Assembly (NCBI GenBank): GCA_964652715.1
Contig: CAZZBE010000001.1
Coordinates: forward strand, 1 to 59,753
Origin: an uncultured Desulfobacteraceae bacterium
GTDB lineage: Bacteria > Desulfobacterota > Desulfobacteria > Desulfobacterales > JAABSP01
DNA: 59,753 nucleotides
Reading direction: 5' to 3'
The notes under the pieces were generated by a model that worked only from the letters and a program-made list of their open reading frames with translations, did no database searches and was not told the DNA's origin. Numbering within the stretch: position 1 is the first letter of the stretch; every line of letters starts with the position of its first letter. Made by a program: the position numbers and the translations under genes. This document shows, in pieces, positions 26,383 through 37,380 of the stretch.

Positions 26383-27377
26383 GGAATCCTCAGAAACCGG
26401 GTGTTGGCCAGCACGGCCCAGGCGGCGAGCAGGCCGAAGGCCGGCGACAGCATATAGGGATAAAGGTCGTTGAATTCGGAAAAGGTCTTTACTTCCACTT
26501 CGGTCTTTTCCAGGGCGTCGATCCGGTCGTAGATGGTGGCGAGGGCCTCGGTATCCTCGGCGCGGAAATAGAGGCCGCCGGTTTTTTCGGCGATGCGCTT
26601 CAGCGTCTCCTCGTCGATGTTCACCCGCTGGTAGACATACCGCTCGCCGAAGACCGGGTCCCTTACCAGGAAAGGGGCCCGCCCGCGCGTACCGACGCCG
26701 ATGGTATAGATCTTGACATGGTGTTCAACCGCGATTTCGCTGGCGGCCCCGGGGGAGAGCTGACCGGCGTTGCTCTGGCCGTCCGTCAGCAGGATGATGA
26801 TGTTCGACGCGCTCTCGATGTCGGAGAGTCGCTTGAGGGAGATGCCGATGGCGTCGCCGATGGCGGTGCTCTTTCCGACGGCCCCGATCTCCAGCCGGTC
26901 GAGCATGGCGGCGATGGCGTTGTAATCCCGGGTCAGCGGGAGTTGCGTGTACGCTTCATCGCCGAAGACCACCAGACCGATCCGGTCGCCCGTCCGCCGC
27001 TGGATAAAGGCCCCCACCACGCCTTTGACCGCTTCCAGCCGGTTGACGATTTTGCCCTCCCGCCGGAAGTCGAGGGCGGCCATGCTTTCGGACAGGTCCA
27101 CGGCCAAAACGATGTTGACGCCTTCGGTCAGCACCATCTCCCGACGGGTCCCCGACTGGGGGCGGGCCATGGCGACGATCATCAGGACCAGGGCCGCGTA
27201 TTTTAAAAACGGGACGATCCACCGGCATTTGAGCGCGGGGGACCGGGGGACCTCCCGGGCGGCCGCCAGGCTCGACATCCGAAGGGTCGGATGGGGGCGG
27301 CGGCGTCGACGGTACAACAACAGGGCCGGCACGACGGCCAGGAGCAGCAGGCAAAGGGGGTCGGCGAACCGGAACAT
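26379..27377 (-). CDS. batA: BatA-like VWA-domain membrane protein
   Basis: Start trimmed to ATG 27377 (MFRFADPLCLLLLAVVPALLLY). MIDAS motif VNIVLAVDLSESM. C-terminal TM helix. 4-nt overlap with batB. Confidence 0.85.
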   Translation of the reverse strand: MFRFADPLCLLLLAVVPALLLYRRRRRPHPTLRMSSLAAAREVPRSPALKCRWIVPFLKYAALVLMIVAMARPQSGTRREMVLTEGVNIVLAVDLSESMAALDFRREGKIVNRLEAVKGVVGAFIQRRTGDRIGLVVFGDEAYTQLPLTRDYNAIAAMLDRLEIGAVGKSTAIGDAIGISLKRLSDIESASNIIILLTDGQSNAGQLSPGAASEIAVEHHVKIYTIGVGTRGRAPFLVRDPVFGERYVYQRVNIDEETLKRIAEKTGGLYFRAEDTEALATIYDRIDALEKTEVEVKTFSEFNDLYPYMLSPAFGLLAAWAVLANTRFLRIP

Positions 27378-27379
27378 GG

Positions 27380-27955
27380 TTATGACGCCGTCTCCCGGAC
27401 AAACGCGACGGCGAAAGCGTGATCCGTTTCCATTTGCCGTTCGACGGTCGCGGCGGCCGCGAACTTGATGGGCTCGGCGGACCGAAAGAACGCCCGGAGT
27501 TTGCCTTGCAAATCCGTCGGCAGGTCCAGGCCCCCGATCCGGGGCAACAGCTCTTCGACGGTCATCCCGGGGGCGTCGATGCCGAATCGGCCCCTGATGT
27601 ATTCCCGGAGGATGGCCGACAGCCGGAAATAGAACTCCCGGCCTTCGAACCGTCCGACGTCGCGAAGGTCTTCCAGCGCCTGGAGGGCGCGCGGCGCCGG
27701 CGGCAACGAGGGAACGGACGGCGCCGGCTTCCGGCGTCTCGACCGCCGGAACATTCGGATCAGAAGGGCCAAAAGGCAGATGACCAGGACGCCGGCCAGG
27801 GCGTAGGAGATCCAGTTCGGATCGGCGGCGGGCCGTTCCGGCGGCTTGATGTCGTGGATGTCCGTCATGGGCGGATCGGTTTGGGATGCCGCCGGGAGCG
27901 CCGCCCCGAGGATCAGCCATCCGATCATCCCCAACACTAAGAGCCGCCGACCCAT
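27380..27955 (-). CDS. DUF4381-like small membrane protein of MoxR/Bat operons
   Basis: 191 aa from ATG 27955 (MGRRLLVLGMIGWLILGAALPAA). A second TM helix, then a helical domain. It sits between DUF58 and batA. Confidence 0.65.
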   Translation of the reverse strand: MGRRLLVLGMIGWLILGAALPAASQTDPPMTDIHDIKPPERPAADPNWISYALAGVLVICLLALLIRMFRRSRRRKPAPSVPSLPPAPRALQALEDLRDVGRFEGREFYFRLSAILREYIRGRFGIDAPGMTVEELLPRIGGLDLPTDLQGKLRAFFRSAEPIKFAAAATVERQMETDHAFAVAFVRETAS

Positions 27956-28856
27956 CACCGCTTTCGGCGCTCCCGGATTCTGAAATACCGGGCGAGGACA
28001 TCCCCGGCATCGCTGGTGGTTTCCATGGGGATGGCGTCGATGCGCGCCCGCTTGAGGCCCCCCAGGATCTCCGCGTATTCCCGGCGTTTTACGGATTCGT
28101 ACCGCTCCCGGGTCTTCCGGTCGGATCCATCCAGATGGTAAAGCGCGCCGGTCTCGGCATCCTCCACCAGCAGGATGCCCGTTTCCGGGAGCCGGAATTC
28201 GCCGGGATCCGACACCACCACGGCGATGAGTTCGTGTCGCATGGACGTCGACCGGAAGGCGCGGGCAGGATCGAAGGGGGCGTCCGGCCGGCGGTTCCGG
28301 ATCAGAAAATCGGAGATGAGAAACGCCGTGGTCCGCTTGCGGCAGACCCGGCCCAGGTAATCCACGGCCGCCTTCAGATCGGTGCCGCGATGGGCGGGCC
28401 GGAAGGAGAACATCTCCCGGATGACCCGCCAGACGTGGGCCGATCCTTTTTTGGGCGGGATGTATTTTTCGACGCCTTCGGTGAACAGAATGGCCCCCAC
28501 CTTGTCGTTGTTCCGGATGGCGTTGAAAGCCAGGATGGAAGCGATCTCGGCCGCGGTCTCTCTTTTGAGGGCATCCGAGGTGCCGAAGAGCCCCGATCCG
28601 CTCATGTCCAAAAGGAGCATGACCACCTGTTCCCGCTCCTCCTTGTACCGTTTCACGAAAGGGCGTCCCATGCGGGCGGAGACCTTCCAGTCGATGCTTT
28701 TGACTTCGTCGCCGGGAACGTATTCCCGCACCTCTTCGAATTCGATCCCCGACCCCCGGAACACCGATTTGTACTGGCCGGCCATGAGGGTGTTGACCCG
28801 TCGGCCGGCCTTGATGTGGATCTTTTTGATTTTTTTGATGATGTCGGTAGAAAGCA

Positions 28857-28857
<1 letters not shown>
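27955..28857 (-). CDS. DUF58-family protein (MoxR-associated, VWA-like)
   Basis: 300 aa. The signature GQYKSVFRGSGIEFEEVREYVPGDEVKSIDWKVSAR is present. Confidence 0.85.
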
Positions 28858-29861
<1,004 letters not shown>

Positions 29862-30011
29862 TTTTTCAACCCATCTAAATTAATGAATGATTCGGCAATG
29901 TCAAGGGCGCTCCCCGCCGCTGTCCAGTTCGGGGCCGGCAACGGGGAGAGTGCTTTTATGGAAACAAAAGGGGAAGGGGCAAAAAAGGAGAAAAGGGGCC
30001 GGCGCACCAGG

Positions 30012-32456
30012 TTATCGTATAACCATGAACCCTTCGGTGTCCCTGGAATCTTTCATGGTCCGCTTCAGAATGGTCTCCCGGGAGAGTTCGGCCCATCGGA
30101 GCACCTGCCGCACCTTGTCTTCCTCCTGATTGCCTGTGGCAAGGCGCATGAATCCCTGATCCGAATTGTTGATTCGGTCCAGCAGCGTCAAATCCGTCTC
30201 CGTGCCGATCCTGCCAAGGGCGCGGAGGATAACCTTCAAATGCTGCATGAGGGTAATCAGGTTTTTCCGACTGTCCTTGAGGCGATAGATATCCGCGGAC
30301 GGGTCGCCATAGGTATTGGCGGCGCTGCGCAGCAACCGGTGGGCGGTTCTTCCTTCCAGCAGCGCCAGGAAAATATAAACTTCCCGTTCAAGGGTGATTA
30401 GATATCGCAGCGGCATGGGAGACGTGTCGGCGCGGACGCCGCCAAGGACGATGCGCAGGTAATTCCGGATGGTCCGCATCTTTCTCATGAAACGATCCTG
30501 CGAGGCGTCGAGGACTTTTGAGACGGCGCTTGTGATTTTCCGGTCGACGCCCTCCCGGACCAGCAGAACTTCCTCGGGGGTCATTTCGATGTCGAGGTTC
30601 AGTTCCTTATTGTACTTCCGGATGAGCAGGTTCGAGAGCATGATGGCGTTTCGATCCGAAAAACTGACGATGGTCGGGTTTTTCAGAAAATCGGTCATCA
30701 GGACGCTGATGGCCTGTTGGGGCTGTTTCATGGAAGCGATCATATGCTGGAGGGAATTGAGAAACGCCACGCGATCCTGGCGACGGAACGTCCCCTTGAG
30801 ATAGTGCCACATGAATTCGAAGATTCGGCGCTCCCATCGGGTGAAGGCGGGGATGTTGGCCTCGAAGGTCTTGCGGAGGAATTGTCCCTCCTCGTTGAAG
30901 CATCTCTTTAGCAGCTCGACGATGTCTTTGGCATCCTTTACCGGGATATCGAAATCGTCCGCCAGGGCCTTATAGTCTCGCGCCGAGAATTGGGTCTTTC
31001 CGCGGACGAGGTTGCGCATTTTTTTTCGAATGCTGACGCGGCTCTTGCTGGCGGCAAGGGTCTTGACGAGTTTGGGGTTGATCTTCCCTAAACTGCCTTC
31101 CTTTCCGCCGACCCGGACTTTGAGAACGCCGTCCTGGACGGCGATGTCGCCCAAAACGCTTTCCGACACCTGCTCGATTCGGCCCTCTATATGATTCAGC
31201 ACCTCTTTGAGAATCTTTTCGCCTTCGGGGTGTTTCTCGATGGCATCCAGCAGTCGGCTGACCAGATAAATACGATTGGCCAGCTGTTGCGCATTGATCC
31301 GTTTGTAATCATTGCCATAGACGCCCTTGATCATGCCCTTGGCCTGCTGAGGCTCCTGGCTGAAATTTTCGCGGATGAGCTGGGTCAATCTGTCATTGGG
31401 CTCTTCTGACAGCATTTCTTCGATCTCCTCGATGTTTTCGCCGGCATCGACCTTTTTGTGATTTCGTTTGTGATTTTGGACATCAATGGGAATATGTTCA
31501 TTGGATCGGGCGGCCGCCCTTCTTTGCCGGCCGGCGCGAACGATTTCGTACTGGGATGTGTTGACTTCAAGGGACGGTCGTTTGAGTTTCCCTTTGGCGG
31601 TTTTGGCGGCGACAATGGCGCTGTAGATGCCGTCTTTCAGCGAAACATCGCCTTTTTCCGCGGCGTCCTGGGTGTTTTTGACAATTTTTTGCATGGCTGC
31701 CTGGCTCAGGCGGTTCAGGCCGGCCAGCATCGTCAGATTGGGATCGTACTGTCGCAGGTGGTTTTGGACCAGCGGCAGGGCCCTGGTTTCGCCGTCCTGT
31801 TCGATCCGGAGGGGGCCGCTCATCTTCGACGCCTGGTGGTATCGGGAGAGAATGAGAAGGCAGAGTTGCATGTCTTCCATCTGTCGCACCGAATCCGGGT
31901 CCGGGATATGGATGTCGAGGCTGTTGATGGAGTGGTTGGAAAGCACCTCGAAGGCCTTCAGGAGGCGCTTGTCCAGGTGCGACATCCGGACGCCCATCCG
32001 CTTGGCCATGGATTGCGCGACGCTGAGGTCGATCATGATCTCGCCGAACACCAGTTCGTAATCGAGTTCACCGGTTCGGGACGCGCTCGAGGTGAATCCG
32101 CGGTGGCAGATTTGAATGATATCGACGTCAATCGGGATGTCGGATATTTTTCGAAATACGTCTTCGAGCCGTGCGAATGAGGGCGGTTCTTTTTTCACGC
32201 CTTCCCGGAGCTGCTTTTCCAGGATGTGGGAAGCGATGATGTGGGCGGCTTCGATGAGAAGGGCGCGCCATGCATCCAGTTCGGTTTCCTTAACGGTTAA
32301 ACTAGGGAGGGCGCCGTACAGGGGACCTTCGTCTTCTGACGTGATATCGAGACTTTGGAACAGTTTGTCGGCCTGTTCGTCGAGTTTGAAGTCTTTTTTA
32401 TCGTTCATGGGATTGAGGGCATCCTTGCAATACGGTGTTGCCGACGGGTTTAACAT
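30012..32456 (-). CDS. Large hypothetical protein (814 aa), predicted all-helical, no recognisable motif
   Basis: Uninterrupted 814-aa ORF rich in K/R/E/L. I found no Walker A, metal-binding, nuclease, TM or signal motif. It has its own promoter. All overlapping ORFs are short shadows. Confidence 0.7.
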   Translation of the reverse strand: MLNPSATPYCKDALNPMNDKKDFKLDEQADKLFQSLDITSEDEGPLYGALPSLTVKETELDAWRALLIEAAHIIASHILEKQLREGVKKEPPSFARLEDVFRKISDIPIDVDIIQICHRGFTSSASRTGELDYELVFGEIMIDLSVAQSMAKRMGVRMSHLDKRLLKAFEVLSNHSINSLDIHIPDPDSVRQMEDMQLCLLILSRYHQASKMSGPLRIEQDGETRALPLVQNHLRQYDPNLTMLAGLNRLSQAAMQKIVKNTQDAAEKGDVSLKDGIYSAIVAAKTAKGKLKRPSLEVNTSQYEIVRAGRQRRAAARSNEHIPIDVQNHKRNHKKVDAGENIEEIEEMLSEEPNDRLTQLIRENFSQEPQQAKGMIKGVYGNDYKRINAQQLANRIYLVSRLLDAIEKHPEGEKILKEVLNHIEGRIEQVSESVLGDIAVQDGVLKVRVGGKEGSLGKINPKLVKTLAASKSRVSIRKKMRNLVRGKTQFSARDYKALADDFDIPVKDAKDIVELLKRCFNEEGQFLRKTFEANIPAFTRWERRIFEFMWHYLKGTFRRQDRVAFLNSLQHMIASMKQPQQAISVLMTDFLKNPTIVSFSDRNAIMLSNLLIRKYNKELNLDIEMTPEEVLLVREGVDRKITSAVSKVLDASQDRFMRKMRTIRNYLRIVLGGVRADTSPMPLRYLITLEREVYIFLALLEGRTAHRLLRSAANTYGDPSADIYRLKDSRKNLITLMQHLKVILRALGRIGTETDLTLLDRINNSDQGFMRLATGNQEEDKVRQVLRWAELSRETILKRTMKDSRDTEGFMVIR

Positions 32457-32471
32457 GGCGTACTGAAGGGG

Positions 32472-32500
32472 ATTATTTCAAAAAATGGAAAGTAAGTCAA
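32472..32500 (-). promoter_or_regulatory. Candidate extended -10 promoter of the 814-aa gene
   Basis: On the minus strand: TTGACT (32500-32495), 17 nt, TG-a-AATAAT (32477-32472). The -10 ends about 15 nt before ATG 32456 with no SD in between, implying a very short leader. Confidence 0.45.
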
Positions 32501-32637
32501 CGCAAAGAAACGGTTTCGATCTTATAAAAACCCTCTGGGAGGATGGGGCGTCCGCCTTTTTTTCGTAAGACTCGATGCGCTGGTTAAGGGCCTCGGCCTT
32601 CTGGTTGTATTCCCGGAGTTGGAAGTTCTCCACGGTT

Positions 32638-33489
32638 TCATGGGCCCCGGAGGTCTTTACGCTGGTCAGGCTTCCTATTGGTTTCCCGTATATAATGAAC
32701 GGCGTTCTCGAACAACCGGGTCCCCAAAATCATCGCCGTCCGCCCCCCGTCGCCGCCTCCCCGAGCCCCCTGTCGCGTCCAGTCCGGATGATTCGTCGGG
32801 TGATGGTATGCCTCCGGGTGGGGCATCAACCCGAACACACGGCCCGTCGGGTCGCAGATCCCCGCGATATCCCGAACCGATCCGTTCGGGTTGTGGGGGA
32901 ATCGGCCGCCGGCGGCATCGCCGCTGCGAGTCGCGTACCGCATCACCACCAGGTCATCGGCCGTCAGTCGGTCGATGACGGGGGCTTCAGCGAAAAATTT
33001 GCCTTCTCCATGGCGAACGGGCAGTTCGATTCCATCGATGTTCCGGGTGAAGACGCAGGGGGATTTCGGGTTCACCCGGAGGCGGACCCAGTCGTCCCGG
33101 AAATTGCCGCGGTCGTTGCCGGTCAGCGCCACCGACCGGGCGGTGTAGTCGCCGTCGAATCCCGGCAGGAGGCCCAGGTTGACCAGGGTCTGGAAGCCGT
33201 TGCAGATGCCCAGGACCAGGTTGCCCCGTTCGATGAACCGGAGGATCTCGTCGCCCAGATTCGTCTTCATCCGGACCGCCTGGATGACGCCGGCCCCGTG
33301 ATCGTCCCCCCAGCTGAAGCCGCCGCCGAAGACCAGTATCCGGAAAGGGTCCAGTGTCAGTTCCCTGTCGATAAGGGCATTGATGTGGCCCCGGGTCGCC
33401 TGGGCGCCGGCCAGTTCCAGGGCGTGGGCGGTTTCGTGGTCGCAGTTGAGGCCGTAGCCGGTGAGCACCAGCGCGTGAATCTGCTTCAT
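32638..33489 (-). CDS. purQ: Phosphoribosylformylglycinamidine synthase, glutaminase subunit
   Basis: 283 aa. Class I amidotransferase nucleophile elbow LGICNGFQ and the His/Glu pair in GLMPHPEAY. Confidence 0.85.
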   Translation of the reverse strand: MKQIHALVLTGYGLNCDHETAHALELAGAQATRGHINALIDRELTLDPFRILVFGGGFSWGDDHGAGVIQAVRMKTNLGDEILRFIERGNLVLGICNGFQTLVNLGLLPGFDGDYTARSVALTGNDRGNFRDDWVRLRVNPKSPCVFTRNIDGIELPVRHGEGKFFAEAPVIDRLTADDLVVMRYATRSGDAAGGRFPHNPNGSVRDIAGICDPTGRVFGLMPHPEAYHHPTNHPDWTRQGARGGGDGGRTAMILGTRLFENAVHYIRETNRKPDQRKDLRGP

Positions 33490-33505
33490 GGAACGATCCC
33501 TTCGG

Positions 33506-34336
33506 TTATTCTTCCGGAAATCCCAATGCCTTCAGTTTGGCGGCCAGACGGTCCGCTCTCGTTTTCTCCTGTTTCGCCCGTTTTATCTCTTCCTGATAGA
33601 AAGGAAGGACGAATCCCCGATAGACGGGGTCTTCCGCCATCTCCTTCGGGGAAGGCCGGCGATACAAATCGTCGATTCTGAATTGAAATCCGGGCAGCAC
33701 GTAGGAACGGATCAGGTTTTGTTCCGGCCCTTCCGCCGGCGGGATGGGCCTGTAAATGCTTTCCGGCCCCCGGCGGTAGAAGGCGGTGTGGATCCCTTTT
33801 CGGTCCAGGATGTAATATTCCCGGACCCCGGCCTGTTCGTATTCGGCGAACTTCACCCGGGTATCCCGTTCGAGTTCGCTCCGTTTGGAATCGGATACGA
33901 TTTCAACGCACAAGTCGAAAACGCCGGCAAAGCTCCGGTCATAGACGTCAAGATCGACCGGGTTCCGTAAAGAAAGAATCCCCAGATCGGGTTTGCGGAT
34001 GGTCGTCTTGTGGGGCAAAGCCAGGCGGAATCCGAATTCGAGGCCGACCATTTTTCCGATGGGGCGCAGATCCAGGAAATGGTTGAGCAGAGACAAAAAC
34101 CAGTTATAGACCAGGAATCTGCGATAATCGGACACAGGCTTTTCCTCTAAAACGCCGTCGTTCCATTCGTAGCTGAAATCGCAATTTTCATAGTATTCAG
34201 ACCAGTAAAGCGCTTCCGACACGCGTTTCCCGTCTTCGGACCCCATCTCCGGCGCCGCTGACGCCGCTGACGCCGTCGGATTTTTCTCCTCGTCCCGGGC
34301 CAGGGGATCCGGGACCATTTTTTCCGCGATGCTCAT
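33506..34336 (-). CDS. Uma2-family (DUF820) PD-(D/E)xK-fold protein, copy A
   Basis: 276 aa. Uma2-type core RKPDLGILS...FDLCVEIVSDS...KFAEYEQAGVREYYILD. The C-terminal tail is ..RADRLAAKLKALGFPEE. It is a paralogue of 37381-38226. Confidence 0.8.
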   Translation of the reverse strand: MSIAEKMVPDPLARDEEKNPTASAASAAPEMGSEDGKRVSEALYWSEYYENCDFSYEWNDGVLEEKPVSDYRRFLVYNWFLSLLNHFLDLRPIGKMVGLEFGFRLALPHKTTIRKPDLGILSLRNPVDLDVYDRSFAGVFDLCVEIVSDSKRSELERDTRVKFAEYEQAGVREYYILDRKGIHTAFYRRGPESIYRPIPPAEGPEQNLIRSYVLPGFQFRIDDLYRRPSPKEMAEDPVYRGFVLPFYQEEIKRAKQEKTRADRLAAKLKALGFPEE

Positions 34337-34345
34337 GGCTTCCTC

Positions 34346-37339
34346 CTACAGCCCGGCAAAGGGCGCTTTCCAGGCCGTTTTCAGGTCGGCGGTCGCCGCA
34401 TCGATGATCCGGCGACCGTCGATTCCGTTCACCCGGAACCGTCCGTCCGCCGTTGCCTCGCCGACGGAGGCGACGGGCAATCCTTTGAACCGTTGTTCAA
34501 ATTCTGTTCGGTGTTGCGCAGCCACCGTTACGATAAACCGTCCGGCGGATTCCGAAAACAGCAAAACGTCGTCCCGGTCCACGCCCTCGGACGGCACGGC
34601 GGCGAGATCGATCGTCATCCCCAGGTTGCCGGCCATGGCCGCCAGGGCCAGGTGGACGCCCAACCCGCCCCGATAAACCCCGTGAACCGACGCTGTCAGT
34701 TCCGATCCGATGCACCGGGCCATGGCCCGGTAAAGGGCTGAAAAGTCGTCCGCTCTCACCTGGGGCACGTTCAGCCCGACGTATCCGAACCGGTCGTAAA
34801 ATTCGGACCCCCCCAACTCGTTCCGCGTGATACCGACGACGTAAACCCGGTCGCCCGGCATCTTCGCGTCCAGGGTCGCGCACCGGTTGACGTCCTCCAC
34901 CACGCCGATAGCCGAAAACTGGATCGTTCCCAGGGCCGACACCTTGTGGGTTTCGCCGTAGCGGCCCGGCAGATGGCCGTCCACGTACATGCTGTCCTTG
35001 CCCGAGAGCAGAGGGATGCCGTAGGCCAGGCAGATGTCCTTCAACGCCCGGCACGAGCGGACCAGTTGGGCCGCCTTGAATTTGCCGTCGGGGTTGTCCA
35101 CGGGATGATACTGAATGTTGGGCCAGCAGAAATTGTCGACGCCGCCGATGTGGTCCGGATCGCCCCCCACGGCGATGAGCCGGCGCACGGCCTCGTCGAT
35201 GGTGCAGGCCGTCATGTGATAGGCGTCGATGGCTGAATAAAAGGGCAGCAGGGCCTGGGAAAAGGCCAGCCCTTTTTCGCTGGACAGGACCGGCCGGATG
35301 ACGGCGCCGTCGGAATGGACGTCCCGGTCCGCGCCCACCAGGGGCTTGATCACGCTGGTTCCCTGGACTTCATGGTCGTACTGGCGGGCGATCCACTCCT
35401 TGGAGCAGATGTTGGGCCGGGCCAGCATATCCTTCAGCAGCGCCTTGTAATTTTTCGGCGGCCTGAGCACCGGTTCCGTCAGCCCGCGGTCTTCGGGGGA
35501 ACGCCATTCGGCGTCGAACTCCCATTGGGGGAAACCGGCGGCGAGCAGGCTCAGATCGACGTGGGCGCAGGTGTCGCCGGCGTATGTGATGTGGAGTTTG
35601 CCGGAATCGGTGTATTGGCCGATCACCGTGCTCTCCACGGCGTGTTTGCGGGACAGCGCCATGAACCGGTCCCGGTCGTCGGGCCGGATCGCGACGGTCA
35701 TCCGCTCCTGGGATTCCGAGATCCAGATCTCCCACTGGTCGAGCCCCTCGTATTTGAGGGGCGCTTTTTCCAGTTCGATATGACATCCGTTTGAAAACAG
35801 GGCCGATTCCCCCACCGAGGACGACAGGCCGCCGCCGCCGTTGTCGGTGATGAACCGGATGAGCCCTTCGTCCCGGGCCTCCAGGAGAAAGTCGTGCATC
35901 TTTTTCTGGGTGTAGGGATCGCCGATCTGGACGTGGCCGGCGGGGGTGTGTTCGGAAAACACCTCCGAGGAGGCGGTGACGCCGTGGATGCCGTCCTTGC
36001 CGATCCGGCCGCCGCACATGATCACCAGGTCGCCGGGCTCGGTGGTTTTCAGCTCGGCCGGTTTCCCCTCCACCGTCGAGGGCATGATGCCCACGGCGGC
36101 GACGTAGACCAGGCATTTGCCCAGATAGCCGGGGTGGAACAGGACCTGCCCGAAGGGGGTCGGGATGCCGCTCTTGTTGCCGCCGTCCCGGACCCCTTCC
36201 ACGACGCCGTCCAGGAGCCGGCGGGGATGGAGCCGCGGCGTCAGGTCGCCGTCGTAGTCCCGCGGCCCCACGCAGTAGCCGTAGGACCCCATGACCAGTT
36301 TGGCGCCCTTGCCCGTGCCCAGCGGGTCCCGGTAGACGCCCACGATGCCGGTAATGGCGCCGCCGTAGGCCTCCATGTTCGATGGGGAATTATGGGTCTC
36401 CCCGGTGATGACGTAATAGTGGTCGTCGTCGAACCGCCCGGCGCCGGCGTTGTCCCACAGCACCGAAACCACCCAGTCTTTTTGGTCCTTTAACTTCAGG
36501 GTGGGATTTTTGATGCAGACGTCGAAGAGGTTGTCGATGACCTCCACCGGGCCGTCGGGGGATTCGCGGTACCGGAACAGCCCCTGGAACGTGTTGTGGT
36601 TGCAGTGGTCGCTGCGGGCCTGGGAGATGTATTCCAGTTCGATGTCCGTGGGATCGGACAGACCCGCGGCGGCCCGGTCCGCCCGCACCTTTTCGTCGAG
36701 AAAATAGGCGCGGATGGTGGGGATGTCGTTGGGGTTGAGGGCCAGGTTCCGCTCGTCGCTGACCCGCTTCAGGGTTTCGTCGCTGTCGATGGGGGCCGCG
36801 GCGACCGTCGGCGTGTGGTTCAGCATCACTTTGGGGACGATGAGGCCGATGCCTTCCTTCGGGTTCCAGTCGTCCCCCGAAAAGATCCGCCATTGCTGGA
36901 TGATGTCGTTGGCCAGCAGTTCGCCCGCGATGATGTCCGCATCGGTTCGGGTCAACTCGTCGGACTGGATGCAGTACCGCCGGGAGGTGTAGATGGATTC
37001 CCCCGGCGCGAATTTGATCCCCAGCACATCCTCCACCGCCTCGATGGCGGTGGCGCCGGGGTTGTCCCGGACGCCGGGCCGGTATCCCACCCAGATGATC
37101 CAGTCGAAGGGGACCGACAAGGGGGCATAGGCCGATATCTGGGTCACCGGGTTGGTGAAGATCTCCTTCCGGATCGTTTCCAGTTGATCTTCCGACAGCG
37201 CTTTGTCGAGGGTGAGGATGTGGACGGCCCGGACGGCGGCGAGGTCGAGGCCGAAATAAGCCCTGGCTTTTTTTCGGAGGCCTTCGCCCTCGGGGTCGGC
37301 CAGATCGGATCTGAGTGTGATTTCGAGTCGGGTTGGCAT
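34346..37339 (-). CDS. purL: Phosphoribosylformylglycinamidine synthase, PurS-like N-domain fused to PurL
   Basis: 997 aa. The N-terminal roughly 80 aa are PurS-like. AIR-synthase-related repeats follow, with the ETHNSPS and DNGGGGLSS blocks. Confidence 0.88.
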   Translation of the reverse strand: MPTRLEITLRSDLADPEGEGLRKKARAYFGLDLAAVRAVHILTLDKALSEDQLETIRKEIFTNPVTQISAYAPLSVPFDWIIWVGYRPGVRDNPGATAIEAVEDVLGIKFAPGESIYTSRRYCIQSDELTRTDADIIAGELLANDIIQQWRIFSGDDWNPKEGIGLIVPKVMLNHTPTVAAAPIDSDETLKRVSDERNLALNPNDIPTIRAYFLDEKVRADRAAAGLSDPTDIELEYISQARSDHCNHNTFQGLFRYRESPDGPVEVIDNLFDVCIKNPTLKLKDQKDWVVSVLWDNAGAGRFDDDHYYVITGETHNSPSNMEAYGGAITGIVGVYRDPLGTGKGAKLVMGSYGYCVGPRDYDGDLTPRLHPRRLLDGVVEGVRDGGNKSGIPTPFGQVLFHPGYLGKCLVYVAAVGIMPSTVEGKPAELKTTEPGDLVIMCGGRIGKDGIHGVTASSEVFSEHTPAGHVQIGDPYTQKKMHDFLLEARDEGLIRFITDNGGGGLSSSVGESALFSNGCHIELEKAPLKYEGLDQWEIWISESQERMTVAIRPDDRDRFMALSRKHAVESTVIGQYTDSGKLHITYAGDTCAHVDLSLLAAGFPQWEFDAEWRSPEDRGLTEPVLRPPKNYKALLKDMLARPNICSKEWIARQYDHEVQGTSVIKPLVGADRDVHSDGAVIRPVLSSEKGLAFSQALLPFYSAIDAYHMTACTIDEAVRRLIAVGGDPDHIGGVDNFCWPNIQYHPVDNPDGKFKAAQLVRSCRALKDICLAYGIPLLSGKDSMYVDGHLPGRYGETHKVSALGTIQFSAIGVVEDVNRCATLDAKMPGDRVYVVGITRNELGGSEFYDRFGYVGLNVPQVRADDFSALYRAMARCIGSELTASVHGVYRGGLGVHLALAAMAGNLGMTIDLAAVPSEGVDRDDVLLFSESAGRFIVTVAAQHRTEFEQRFKGLPVASVGEATADGRFRVNGIDGRRIIDAATADLKTAWKAPFAGL

Positions 37340-37380
37340 GGGCGTTTATCCGTTATCGGTTTTGGGATCGGCGCCCCGTC

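Noticed and set aside
30012-32456. Walker A-like string GKEGSLGKI in the 814-aa protein.
   Set aside because: The spacing is GxxxxxGK rather than GxxxxGK[ST], and no Walker B or other NTPase motif follows. It is probably fortuitous.
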